Shown here: positions 47,938-56,725 of the stretch, in pieces
Numbering within the stretch: position 1 is the first letter of the stretch
Layout of the letters: each line of letters opens with the position of its first letter
Source of the DNA: Chloroflexota bacterium
Lineage (GTDB): Bacteria > Chloroflexota > Dehalococcoidia > Lucifugimonadales > UBA3495
DNA: 64,000 nucleotides
Assembly (NCBI GenBank): GCA_028875055.1
Contig: JAPPGG010000043.1
Span: forward strand, 65,272-129,271
Direction of reading: 5' to 3'
Made by a program: the position numbers and the translations under genes
Notes under the pieces: generated by a model
What the model was told of the DNA's origin: nothing
The model's input: only the letters and a program-made list of their open reading frames with translations
Databases searched by the model: none

Positions 47938-48002
47938 CACGAATGGGCACGAATGCTCACTAATGAATATCCAATATTAGTGGGTATTCGTGCCCATTCG
48001 TG
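47938..48002. repeat. Family-D hairpin repeat
   Basis: Perfect 17-bp stem CACGAATGGGCACGAAT / ATTCGTGCCCATTCGTG plus inner CACTAAT / ATTAGTG. Lies directly after the aminotransferase stop. Confidence 0.85.
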
Positions 48003-48020
48003 TATAGAAATAGGAAAAAG

Positions 48021-48902
48021 ATGAAAGTTCACCTGGTTGACGGCACTTATGAGCTGTTTCGGGCCTACTTCGCCATGCCCTCCATTTCGGCGCCGGACGG
48101 CCGCGAGGTGGGGGCGGTTCGGGGCCTGGTGCAGACCCTCATCAGCCTGCTGCGGCAGGACGACGTTTCCCACGTTGCCGTGGCGTTCGACAGCGAAATC
48201 CTGTCCTTCCGCAACCAATTGTTTGACGGTTACAAAACGGGCGAGGGCACGCCGCCGGAGCTGCTGGCCCAGTTTCCCCTGGCCGAACGGGCGGCGGCAG
48301 CCCTGGGCCTGGTGGTTTGGCCGATGACGGAGTTCGAGGCGGACGATGCCCTGGGCGCGGCGGCGGTGCGTTGGCAGGACGAGCCCGGCGTGGAGCAGAT
48401 AGTCCTGTGTTCGCCGGACAAGGACCTGTCGCAGGTCATTTGGGGCGACCGCGTGGTGGCCCTGGACCGGCGCCGGGACATTGTGACCAACGAGGATGGC
48501 GTGCGGGAAAAGTTCGGGGTAGGCCCTGCGTCCATCCCCGATTACCTGGGGCTGGTGGGCGATAGTGCCGACGGAATCCCCGGCATTCCCCGCTGGGGAG
48601 CCAAGGGCACTGCCCAGGTGCTGGCCCACTACGGCCACATCGAGCAAATCCCTCCCGATGCCGCCGACTGGGCTATCAACGTGCGCGGAGCCAAGTCCCT
48701 GACCGCCAGCCTGGCCGACAACATGGAGGCCGCCCTCCTCTACCGCCAGCTGGCCACCCTCCGGCTGGATGTCCCCATTGCCGAAAGCGTCCCCGACCTC
48801 CAATGGCAAGGCGCCCACCAGGAACCTTACCAGCAGCTATGCGATGAACTGGGGTTTGGGCGGCTGCGGGAAGGGGTGGGGCGGTGGAGTGGGGGTAGAT
48901 AG
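48021..48902 (+). CDS. 5'-3' exonuclease / flap endonuclease (Pol I N-terminal-domain family)
   Basis: MKVHLVDGTYELFRAYFA, EADDALG, DKDLSQ, LVGDSADGIPGIP motifs. Confidence 0.85.
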   Translation: MKVHLVDGTYELFRAYFAMPSISAPDGREVGAVRGLVQTLISLLRQDDVSHVAVAFDSEILSFRNQLFDGYKTGEGTPPELLAQFPLAERAAAALGLVVWPMTEFEADDALGAAAVRWQDEPGVEQIVLCSPDKDLSQVIWGDRVVALDRRRDIVTNEDGVREKFGVGPASIPDYLGLVGDSADGIPGIPRWGAKGTAQVLAHYGHIEQIPPDAADWAINVRGAKSLTASLADNMEAALLYRQLATLRLDVPIAESVPDLQWQGAHQEPYQQLCDELGFGRLREGVGRWSGGR

Positions 48903-48967
48903 TTTCCAACTGTGTATAATCTTTGTAGGTCTCCAATTGGGGTATCGCCCTTCCACCAGGCTCAGTT

Positions 48968-50170
48968 ATGTTGCTAAATTCGATAAAGATTAATGGAATG
49001 CTTTCCTTCCGAGATGTGGAACTTGAAATGCGTCCATTGAACGTCCTGGTAGGCCCCAATGCTTCGGGGAAGTCAAACTTCATCGAGATTATGGCACTCC
49101 TGCAGGCCTTGCCCAGGGACATGGCGTCCTTCTTCCGGCAATCTGGAGGAATTAATGACTGGTTTTGGAAGGGACAAGGAAAGTTCTCACCCCATTACTC
49201 CACATGTTCCGTGGAAACAGTTCTGCAGCACCAACTCGACCCTTTGCAACTCCGCTACCGGTTATTTCTGGAGCAATCTGGTCAGCAATGGTGCGTTTTA
49301 CGGGAAGAATTGGACGAGGAAGTGCGGTTAGGCCAGGGCCAAGTAGAGTCGTCCAGTCTGTTTAAGCTTATAGACGGAACCGGCAACCTGGCGGTGAGAC
49401 AATCGCCTGAGTCCACCCGGGATCAAGAGTTCAGTTTCATCCGTCAGGGGGATTTGACTGCCGGTCAGTCAATTCTGCGGGAGAGAAGAGACCCTGGCCT
49501 TTATCCCGAAATGCACTTCTTGAGCCAGCAGTTTGACTCAATCCGGCTGTACCGGGACTGGAACATGGGGCGTAACAGTTTCATTCGCCGCCCCCAACCT
49601 ACAGATGCGCCCACCGCCCACCTATACGAGGATTTTTCAAATTTGGCCCTGGTACTGAATCGGTTGCAGCGGGAACCGGTTATGCCAACAATTGAGAAAC
49701 AGCTTGGCCAATTCTACGAAACCTACGAAAGCTTGGGAGTGGATATTTTTGCTAACACCGCCCAATTGTGGATTCGGGAAAAGGGCCTGGCCAACCCGGT
49801 GCCCGCAACCCGACTCTCCGACGGCACCCTCCGCTTCCTGGCCCTGCTTTCCATTCTTTGTCATCCCTATCCTCCGCCTTTGGTCTGCATAGAAGAACCG
49901 GAACTGGGCCTGCACCCCGACGTAATTCACCAGGTCGCCAAGTTACTGATTGAGGCCTCCCAACGCACCCAAATAATAGTCACAACCCACTCGGCGGAGT
50001 TGATTGACCATCTTTGGGAAGATACGGAGAGTGTTGTTGTCTGTGAACGCTACCCGGATAGCGGGACCGAGTTCAATAGGTTAAAGAAGGAAGAGCTCGA
50101 GTCTTACCTGGAGCGGTACAAGTTAGGGGAACTGTGGTTGCACGGGCATATTGGGGGAACCAGGTTCTGA
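48968..50170 (+). CDS. ABC-type (AAA_21/AAA_15-like) ATPase, defence-associated type
   Basis: Walker A GPNASGKSN, signature-like LSDGTLRFLAL, Walker B LVCIEEPELGLHP, H-loop TTHS. GC lower than the flanks. Confidence 0.75.
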   Translation: MLLNSIKINGMLSFRDVELEMRPLNVLVGPNASGKSNFIEIMALLQALPRDMASFFRQSGGINDWFWKGQGKFSPHYSTCSVETVLQHQLDPLQLRYRLFLEQSGQQWCVLREELDEEVRLGQGQVESSSLFKLIDGTGNLAVRQSPESTRDQEFSFIRQGDLTAGQSILRERRDPGLYPEMHFLSQQFDSIRLYRDWNMGRNSFIRRPQPTDAPTAHLYEDFSNLALVLNRLQREPVMPTIEKQLGQFYETYESLGVDIFANTAQLWIREKGLANPVPATRLSDGTLRFLALLSILCHPYPPPLVCIEEPELGLHPDVIHQVAKLLIEASQRTQIIVTTHSAELIDHLWEDTESVVVCERYPDSGTEFNRLKKEELESYLERYKLGELWLHGHIGGTRF

Positions 50171-50761
50171 ATGGCGATAGCTGTCAGGGTATATTTCGAG
50201 GGAGACCGGAGCCTGCGAATAGGGTTCAGTAAGTTCTTTGAAGGGTTGAGACTGCCCGGCATCAGAATTGCCCCGGTGCCTTGCAAGGCCAACGCCATAG
50301 CCGATTTTATGTCCGGCCTGAAGAGCTATCCCGAGGCGGTTAATGTCCTATTGATCGACGCCGAGAAACCGTATGCCGCCAATCTCTTTCAGGAAGTTCG
50401 TCAACATGACCACTGGGACTACGCCACAGGTTCAAATATATCTGACGACCGTATCCACTTCATGGTGCAGGTTATGGAATCCTGGTTTCTGGCTGACAAG
50501 CAAGCCCTCAGCGCTTATTATGGTCGAGCTTTCTCGGCTAACCGCCTCCCTGCCAATTCGGCCATCGAGGAAATTCCCAAAGATGACGTGCTGAGCGGGT
50601 TGGCCGAAGCCACAAGGGCCACCACTAAAGGCCGGTATCACAAAACTAACCATGGTCCCCGCTTGTTGGAAGCCATAGACCCTGCCAAGGTCTGCGCAGC
50701 CGCGCCCAACTGTTCACGCCTGTTTGATTTCCTGAATTCTCTCGTCTCACAATCCCCGTAA
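50171..50761 (+). CDS. DUF4276-like protein (possible Toprim-like nuclease partner)
   Basis: 196 aa. ATG directly abuts the ATPase stop (TGAATG). VYFEGD, LLIDAE and ESWFLAD acidic motifs. DUF4276 assignment is from memory. Confidence 0.55.
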   Translation: MAIAVRVYFEGDRSLRIGFSKFFEGLRLPGIRIAPVPCKANAIADFMSGLKSYPEAVNVLLIDAEKPYAANLFQEVRQHDHWDYATGSNISDDRIHFMVQVMESWFLADKQALSAYYGRAFSANRLPANSAIEEIPKDDVLSGLAEATRATTKGRYHKTNHGPRLLEAIDPAKVCAAAPNCSRLFDFLNSLVSQSP

Positions 50762-50780
50762 GTCGAAAAGGAGGCCCCCT

Positions 50781-52211
50781 ATGACCACCAACCGCAGCGA
50801 CCGGCACGTGGATACCATTGTCGTCGGAGGTCGGATTGTTACCTCCTCCCAGGTTTATGAGGCCTCCATTGCCATTGACGGAGGGGAAATCGCCGCCATT
50901 GGGCCGGAAAATCTGCTGCCCCCGGCCGACAAGTACATTGACGCCTCGGGAATGTACGTGCTGCCCGGGCTGATTGACTGCCACGTCCACCTGGACGGCC
51001 ACGACAACTATGCCCTGGGGTCGCTGGCGGCCGCCCACGCCGGCCTGACCACCCTGGTCCCCTTCGGTACCTACAACCTGGAGGGCGACGAGACCCTGCC
51101 AGAGGCCATCAACCGCTGCCGCGAGGAAGTGGAGCGTACGGCGGTTACCGACTTCGCCTTCCATTTCATCCTGCAGAACCGCCCCAGCATCCTGAACAGC
51201 CTGCCCGAGGCGCTGGAAATGGGCGTCAAGTCGTACAAAATGTTCATGACTTACAAGAAGCGCCCCTACCGCATGTGCGACGACGACTATATCTGCGAGT
51301 CAATGGAAATGGTGGCGAAGGGCGGCGGGGTGCTGCAGCTTCACTGCGAGAGCGGCAACATCATCGAGTACCTGGAGAACAAGCTGCTGTCGGAGGGGCA
51401 CACCCACCCCACCGACTTCCCGTCGGCCTGCCCCGACTGGGCCGAGGAGGAGGCCATCAACCGGGCCATAAAGATGGCCGGGGCAACCAACTGCCCCACC
51501 TACGTGGTGCACCTCAGCACCCAGCTGGGCCTGGAACGAATCAAGCAGGCTCAGGCCCTGGGACAGCGCATCTGGACCGAGTCCTGCCCCCAGTACCTGC
51601 TGCTTTCCGACGAGGAAATGGCCAAGTACGGCCCCTTGGCCAAGATCGGCCCGCCCCTGCGTCCGGCCGACGGCCCGGACCAGGACGCACTGTGGCGCGG
51701 CCTGGAACAGGGACACATCTCCATCACCGCCAGCGACCATGCTCCCTACCCCCAGGAGCTGAAACAGGTGGGGTGGGACAACATTTTCGTGGACGTCAAC
51801 GGCGCCTCGGTTCCCTTCGGGTCCCCGGGCGTGGAGACCCTGGTGCCCCTGATGTACAGCGAGGGCGTGGTGAAGCGGGGACTGCCCATCTGGTGGCTGG
51901 CGCGGGTAATGTCGGAGAACCCGGCTCGCATCTTCGGCCTCTACCCCCGCAAGGGAGTTATCCAGGTGGGCTCCGACGCCGACCTGTTGATACTGGACCC
52001 GGGGAGCGACCGGATCATTACCTCCAGGGACCACCGCAGCAACGCCGGCTACACCCTCTTTGAGGGCTGGCAGGTGCAGGGACGCCCCCACATGACCCTG
52101 TTGCGGGGAGAGGTTCTGCTCAACCAGGGAGAACTGGAACAGCAGCCCGGCTACGGCAGCTTCCTGGAAAGCGGTTCACCCCGTTCACCCCTGGGCGGTC
52201 CGGTGAGGTAG
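50781..52211 (+). CDS. Cyclic amidohydrolase (dihydropyrimidinase/hydantoinase/dihydroorotase superfamily)
   Basis: GLIDCHVHL metal motif, VKSYKMFMTYKK (carbamylated-Lys region), HCES, ASDHAP. GC about 70% on a sampled line. Confidence 0.85.
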   Translation: MTTNRSDRHVDTIVVGGRIVTSSQVYEASIAIDGGEIAAIGPENLLPPADKYIDASGMYVLPGLIDCHVHLDGHDNYALGSLAAAHAGLTTLVPFGTYNLEGDETLPEAINRCREEVERTAVTDFAFHFILQNRPSILNSLPEALEMGVKSYKMFMTYKKRPYRMCDDDYICESMEMVAKGGGVLQLHCESGNIIEYLENKLLSEGHTHPTDFPSACPDWAEEEAINRAIKMAGATNCPTYVVHLSTQLGLERIKQAQALGQRIWTESCPQYLLLSDEEMAKYGPLAKIGPPLRPADGPDQDALWRGLEQGHISITASDHAPYPQELKQVGWDNIFVDVNGASVPFGSPGVETLVPLMYSEGVVKRGLPIWWLARVMSENPARIFGLYPRKGVIQVGSDADLLILDPGSDRIITSRDHRSNAGYTLFEGWQVQGRPHMTLLRGEVLLNQGELEQQPGYGSFLESGSPRSPLGGPVR

Positions 52212-52215
52212 GGGC

Positions 52216-53781
52216 CTACGCTCCCCTTTGTCTCCAAGAAGTAATTTGCTCTTGGAGTAAAGTAAGGAACGTAAGCCCCTCCCCATGGGTACGTTCCGCT
52301 TCTCGTTTACCCACTAAGCGGGCAATATCGGAGGGAGTTCTGCCAATTTCTCGGGAAAGTTCTTCTACCGCGACTTTAGCCGGGTCCTGTTGCTGGACCA
52401 TTCCAGACGCCAACTGTTGAATATTGCGCATTCTTTCGTCTAAGTCGGATACTCCGATTCCTAGATCCAAGGCATATTCTGATTTCCATTCTTCCAGAAC
52501 ATCCCAAATCCAACCCTCGGGCGGCCCATCTCCCGGCAAGAACAAGGGCTGTAAGGTTGCGTGATATTCAGAGGCAGCCGTCAAGAGGTCAGTTTCTTTT
52601 GACTTGGAATCACCATCGAGGACAACCAGGAAATCGTCAAGTTTGCCAAATTTCCCAAGCGTGCGGATATGTGCGGGGAATTCATCCCTTCCTGTGTCTC
52701 TTCCGATGACTACATCATCGTGTCGGAGTTCAAGCCTTAAGTTCAAGACATCAAGAAATCCTCTGATAATGCCTTCCGCAATTTGATCTTCACAAAGGAT
52801 AGAGAGTTGTTCTCGAGATTGTCCGTATAGAGCCTTTTGCAAAATATCTCGATACGGTGGTACGAGTCTGACTTCTGCAGAATCCTCGTCCCTATCCAAG
52901 AAGAGCCGAGCCTCTTCAGGTACACTCTCAAGTACAACAGGGCTGTGAGAGGCCACTATTATTTGTAGACGGTTCCTCAATGCTATGCGCTGAAACTCCA
53001 GCATAGCCTGTTGTTGAGTATATGGATGAAGGCCTGCTTCTACCTCGTCGATAAGTATAAGTGCATCCGTCAGACTAGAAATGTCCTTCGATATCCGGAG
53101 TATGGCTCTTTCGCCTGAAGACATGTGGAACTCAGAGTATTTCGCCGCACTTGTTCCCTCTAATTCTGCAAAGAGCAAGTCCCGTGTTTGCGTCGTTATT
53201 CTGGAAAGAGCTCGGTATCTCCTCGGCAAAATACGATGAGCGAATATTAGCAAGTCTTCAGTAATTTGCTCAGTGGAGAGTTCCTTTCTTGCTAGTTGAA
53301 GAATACTTCGTACTTCAGATGGATTAGTCAGGTTCGCTAGGGTTCGCATATAAAGCTGTCGTTCAGGTTGCTCACCACCTTTTCTTCCCATGAAGCTTCG
53401 ATTCCACGATTTACCTCGCCTCCACATCATGGATATACGCTCATTTTCATGTAGGTAATGGAACTCTATCTCTGTCTGACCTGCAACGTCCTCAAATTCA
53501 GTGCCCCCTCCTTTGAAATTCGGGAATAGACTGGATGGCACATAATCCCTTGGGCCGCGGTCAGGAACCACATAAGCACATGCACATCCAAATAGCACTG
53601 TGGACTTGCCGCATCCGTTAGGACCTGCGAGAACAGAAACAGGATAATTGAATGGAATTCTAAGATCTTTTATCCCTCTCAGATTCCTAATTCTGATCTC
53701 AGCTAGTGACTTGGTACGCTGGTTACCCTGCGCTCGCAAAGCATCCCACACTTCGTGAAGTTGTCTATCCAATAGTGGCAT
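52216..53781 (-). CDS. OLD-family-like fused ABC ATPase-Toprim protein
   Basis: Walker A GPNGCGKST, signature MSSGERAILRI, Walker B LILIDEVEAGLHP, ASHSP. C-terminal Toprim-like LCEDQIAEG ... VVLDGDS. About 38% GC on a sampled line. ATG 53781 preferred over GTG 53790. Confidence 0.7.
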   Translation of the reverse strand: MPLLDRQLHEVWDALRAQGNQRTKSLAEIRIRNLRGIKDLRIPFNYPVSVLAGPNGCGKSTVLFGCACAYVVPDRGPRDYVPSSLFPNFKGGGTEFEDVAGQTEIEFHYLHENERISMMWRRGKSWNRSFMGRKGGEQPERQLYMRTLANLTNPSEVRSILQLARKELSTEQITEDLLIFAHRILPRRYRALSRITTQTRDLLFAELEGTSAAKYSEFHMSSGERAILRISKDISSLTDALILIDEVEAGLHPYTQQQAMLEFQRIALRNRLQIIVASHSPVVLESVPEEARLFLDRDEDSAEVRLVPPYRDILQKALYGQSREQLSILCEDQIAEGIIRGFLDVLNLRLELRHDDVVIGRDTGRDEFPAHIRTLGKFGKLDDFLVVLDGDSKSKETDLLTAASEYHATLQPLFLPGDGPPEGWIWDVLEEWKSEYALDLGIGVSDLDERMRNIQQLASGMVQQQDPAKVAVEELSREIGRTPSDIARLVGKREAERTHGEGLTFLTLLQEQITSWRQRGA

Positions 53782-53964
53782 ACCTTTCACCTTCTCTTGA
53801 ACTGACCTGGGGACGTAGCCGAGAACTAAATGTCGTCGGAGTTAAGGGCCCTCAAAAGTCAAGCCGACATCCATTGATCATCTCTATTATAACGAAAACG
53901 CCCCCGGACCAAATGGTCCGGGGGCGTTTTGCTTGACCGGTTAAACGGTAAAGGGGTCGGCTGC

Positions 53965-55863
53965 TTACTGCGTCCAGGTCATGGTGTTGATCAGGATGCG
54001 GCGGCCGCCGGGCATGTTGACGAACTCCAGGTCCTTGTTGACGCCCCAGACAGAAACGATCTCCATCATGGGAAGCTGCAGCAGGTTCTCGGAGAACAGG
54101 TTGTAGGCTTCGGTCATCAGCTCGCGCCGATCATCGCCGGTGGATGCCAGGGCCTGCTGACCGAGGGCGTGCCACTCGGCGTTGCAGTTCTTGGAACGGT
54201 TGGAGGCGCAGCTCATGTAGAAGTTGATCTGGCGACCGAAGTCGAAGTACTCGCCACCCGGGGCGAAGAAGACCAGTCCGGGGGAAGCGCCGGTGCGCGG
54301 CGGGTCGTTCTGCGGCACCGCGGCGGCAGCCTCTTCGGAGGAAGAGCCGGCGTCAATCTGCGCGTCGTAGGTGACGGCGGGGCCGGTAAGGTGACGGTCA
54401 CGCCACACGCTGCCCTCCACGATCTGGGCTTCCACGTTCAGGCCCACGTCCTGCCAGAAGGTAATCAGGGACTCGGTGATTTCCACGTCCTTGGCATAGC
54501 GGCCGGCGCGGGTCCAGAACTGGATGGTGTTTTCGGGGTTGTAGTTGGCCTGGACCAGGAGTTCCCGGGCCCGCTCGGGGTCATAGCCGTAGATGGGCTG
54601 CCAGTTGTCCTCGTTCACGCCCAGGGTGCCGGGGATGCCGTTGGGACCGCTGGAGCAGCGGGACTCGGGGCCGAAGAAGGCCAGGGCCAGTTCTTCGCAG
54701 TTGATGGCGTGGGTCAGGGCCTGGCGCACTTCCAGCTTCTGCAGTTCGGGGTGCCAGATGGTGTCCACGTTGATGGTGTAAACCTCGCCGGACACTACCT
54801 TGACCGTCTTGCCGTGGTCGCTGTTGTTGATCGGCTCGGCCTGGTCAATGGATACGGCCCAGGACAGGTCGGCTTCGCCGGTCTGAATCATGGCGGAGCG
54901 GACGGTTTCCTCTTCGCGCCAGATGTAAGTGGCGTCCTTGATGGAGGGCGCCTGGGTGATGAAGTCGATGGGCTGAGGCTCAACATAGTTCTCGTTGGCG
55001 GTCAGCGTAATGGACTCGCCGCGAACGTACTCATCCCAGACATAGGGACCCCAGCCGATCACCTGGCCGGAGGCATCCCGCTCTTCCTGGGAGACGTTCT
55101 GGTGGTAGCCGGGGGCTACGAATATGTGGAACTGCCCGAAGCGGGGCAATACCGGGCAGCCGGCGGCGCTGGTGCAGACAAAGTCCACGGTCATGTCGTC
55201 AATAATTTCGGCGTGGGCTTCGCGTACCTGCGAGTAGGGCTGGTATTCAACGTTGCCGCCCAGCTGGTTGATGGTATAGGCGGCGGCTTCGGCGTTCCAC
55301 GCCTCGCCATTGTGGAACTGAACGCCCTCGCGAAGGGACAGGCGCCACTTGTTGGGCTCTATCTGTTCAAAACCGGTGAAGCCGGCAGTGGCGGTGTCGG
55401 TGAAGTCCGGCCCGAAAAAGGAAATGGGCTGGGCAATGTTGTGGATTATCTGGTTGGGGTACAGGGTAGTGCTGATCCAGGGGTCGGGAATCGAAGGCTC
55501 TTCGTTGATTACGATGACTACGTCATCCCGGGCGGCCACCACCATGGCCTCGGTAGGACGGGGCGTAGGCTGGACCGTAGGTACCGGAGTGTTGGTCGGA
55601 GCCGGCTGGCTTTCCATGGACTCGGAAGAGGAGCTGGAATCGGTCATGGCCTCGCCGCTGGAATCGGTCATGGAACCGGAATCCATGCTTTCGGCGGGAG
55701 CGGCAGGCTCTGCGGCTGCGGCCGGCGCCTCAGCAGGGGGGGCGGCGGGAGCGGTGGTCGGCGATTCGGCTCCGCCACAGGCAATCAGTAAAATGGATGT
55801 TATAGCTGTCAAAGTGACCAGCCAGCGCCCTATGCGCCGCCGGCCATCGGTTCTCGGAGTCAC
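53965..55863 (-). CDS. ABC transporter substrate-binding lipoprotein, family 5
   Basis: Lipobox LLIACGG, Ala/Pro- then Ser/Asp/Met-rich tether, family-5 SBP core. Confidence 0.82.
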   Translation of the reverse strand: MTPRTDGRRRIGRWLVTLTAITSILLIACGGAESPTTAPAAPPAEAPAAAAEPAAPAESMDSGSMTDSSGEAMTDSSSSSESMESQPAPTNTPVPTVQPTPRPTEAMVVAARDDVVIVINEEPSIPDPWISTTLYPNQIIHNIAQPISFFGPDFTDTATAGFTGFEQIEPNKWRLSLREGVQFHNGEAWNAEAAAYTINQLGGNVEYQPYSQVREAHAEIIDDMTVDFVCTSAAGCPVLPRFGQFHIFVAPGYHQNVSQEERDASGQVIGWGPYVWDEYVRGESITLTANENYVEPQPIDFITQAPSIKDATYIWREEETVRSAMIQTGEADLSWAVSIDQAEPINNSDHGKTVKVVSGEVYTINVDTIWHPELQKLEVRQALTHAINCEELALAFFGPESRCSSGPNGIPGTLGVNEDNWQPIYGYDPERARELLVQANYNPENTIQFWTRAGRYAKDVEITESLITFWQDVGLNVEAQIVEGSVWRDRHLTGPAVTYDAQIDAGSSSEEAAAAVPQNDPPRTGASPGLVFFAPGGEYFDFGRQINFYMSCASNRSKNCNAEWHALGQQALASTGDDRRELMTEAYNLFSENLLQLPMMEIVSVWGVNKDLEFVNMPGGRRILINTMTWTQ

Positions 55864-56197
55864 TGAGTATATTCCTCCCTAATTCTTAAAAGTTGAGCTT
55901 TCCGTTAACCCCTTTCGGATAATCCGCAAATACGATATAGCCAAATACCGATTAAGTCAATGGAATGACGTAATTCGTTAAATTATTCACTTTCATAGCC
56001 GAGCGTCCTTCACGTTTGGCCCCACAGTTACCTTATGCAGGGAACCGGCGGCAATTCACGAAGGCGATCGGAAGAAAGACCGGGGTCAGACAAGCCTCAA
56101 GAAAGAGCGTCAGGCTGGCGAAAGGGCTGCAATGCCTGGCCAGTCTGGAGCCGCGAAGGGAAAACGGGGACCAGGGGCGGCCCGCCCGCAGCCGGCG

Positions 56198-56725
56198 CTA
56201 TGCTCGCTCCCTCGCCAGGGGAAGCCGTTCCTGCTCCAGCTGCAGCAGTCGGGCCTTTACCGACAGGCCGCCGGCGCCGTAGCCGTGCAGGTCACCGTTG
56301 CTGCCGATGACCCGGTGGCAGGGTATTACCAGGGCCAGGGGATTTTTTGCCATGGCCTGGCCGGCGGCACGCGCCGCGTTGGGCCGCCCCGCCTCGGCGG
56401 CCAGCCAGGCGTAACTGCGGGTTTCGCCGGCGGGAATTCCCCGGCAGGCTTCCCAGGCAGCGGCAAAGAAGGGGGGCGCGCCGCTCAGGTCCAGGACTAT
56501 CTCGGAAAGGGCGCCGGTATCGCCCTGAAAGTACCGTTCCAGGCACTGGCGGGCCTGGGGGAAGGCCGAGTCGTCCTGCTCGGAACCCCGTATATCGTTC
56601 TCCAGGTCCTCCAGCAGTTCTTCCGGCGTGGGTTTCATGGAAAGGCGTGACAACCCGTCGTCGCTGCCGGCCATGCCAATCCAGCCCTGGGGTCCCGGGA
56701 AAATGCAATGCTTTCTGGCGTTCAT
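56198..56725 (-). CDS. ogt: Methylated-DNA--protein-cysteine S-methyltransferase
   Basis: Active-site IPCHRVI. Start ATG 56725 overlaps the upstream stop (ATGA). 175 aa. Confidence 0.9.
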   Translation of the reverse strand: MNARKHCIFPGPQGWIGMAGSDDGLSRLSMKPTPEELLEDLENDIRGSEQDDSAFPQARQCLERYFQGDTGALSEIVLDLSGAPPFFAAAWEACRGIPAGETRSYAWLAAEAGRPNAARAAGQAMAKNPLALVIPCHRVIGSNGDLHGYGAGGLSVKARLLQLEQERLPLARERA

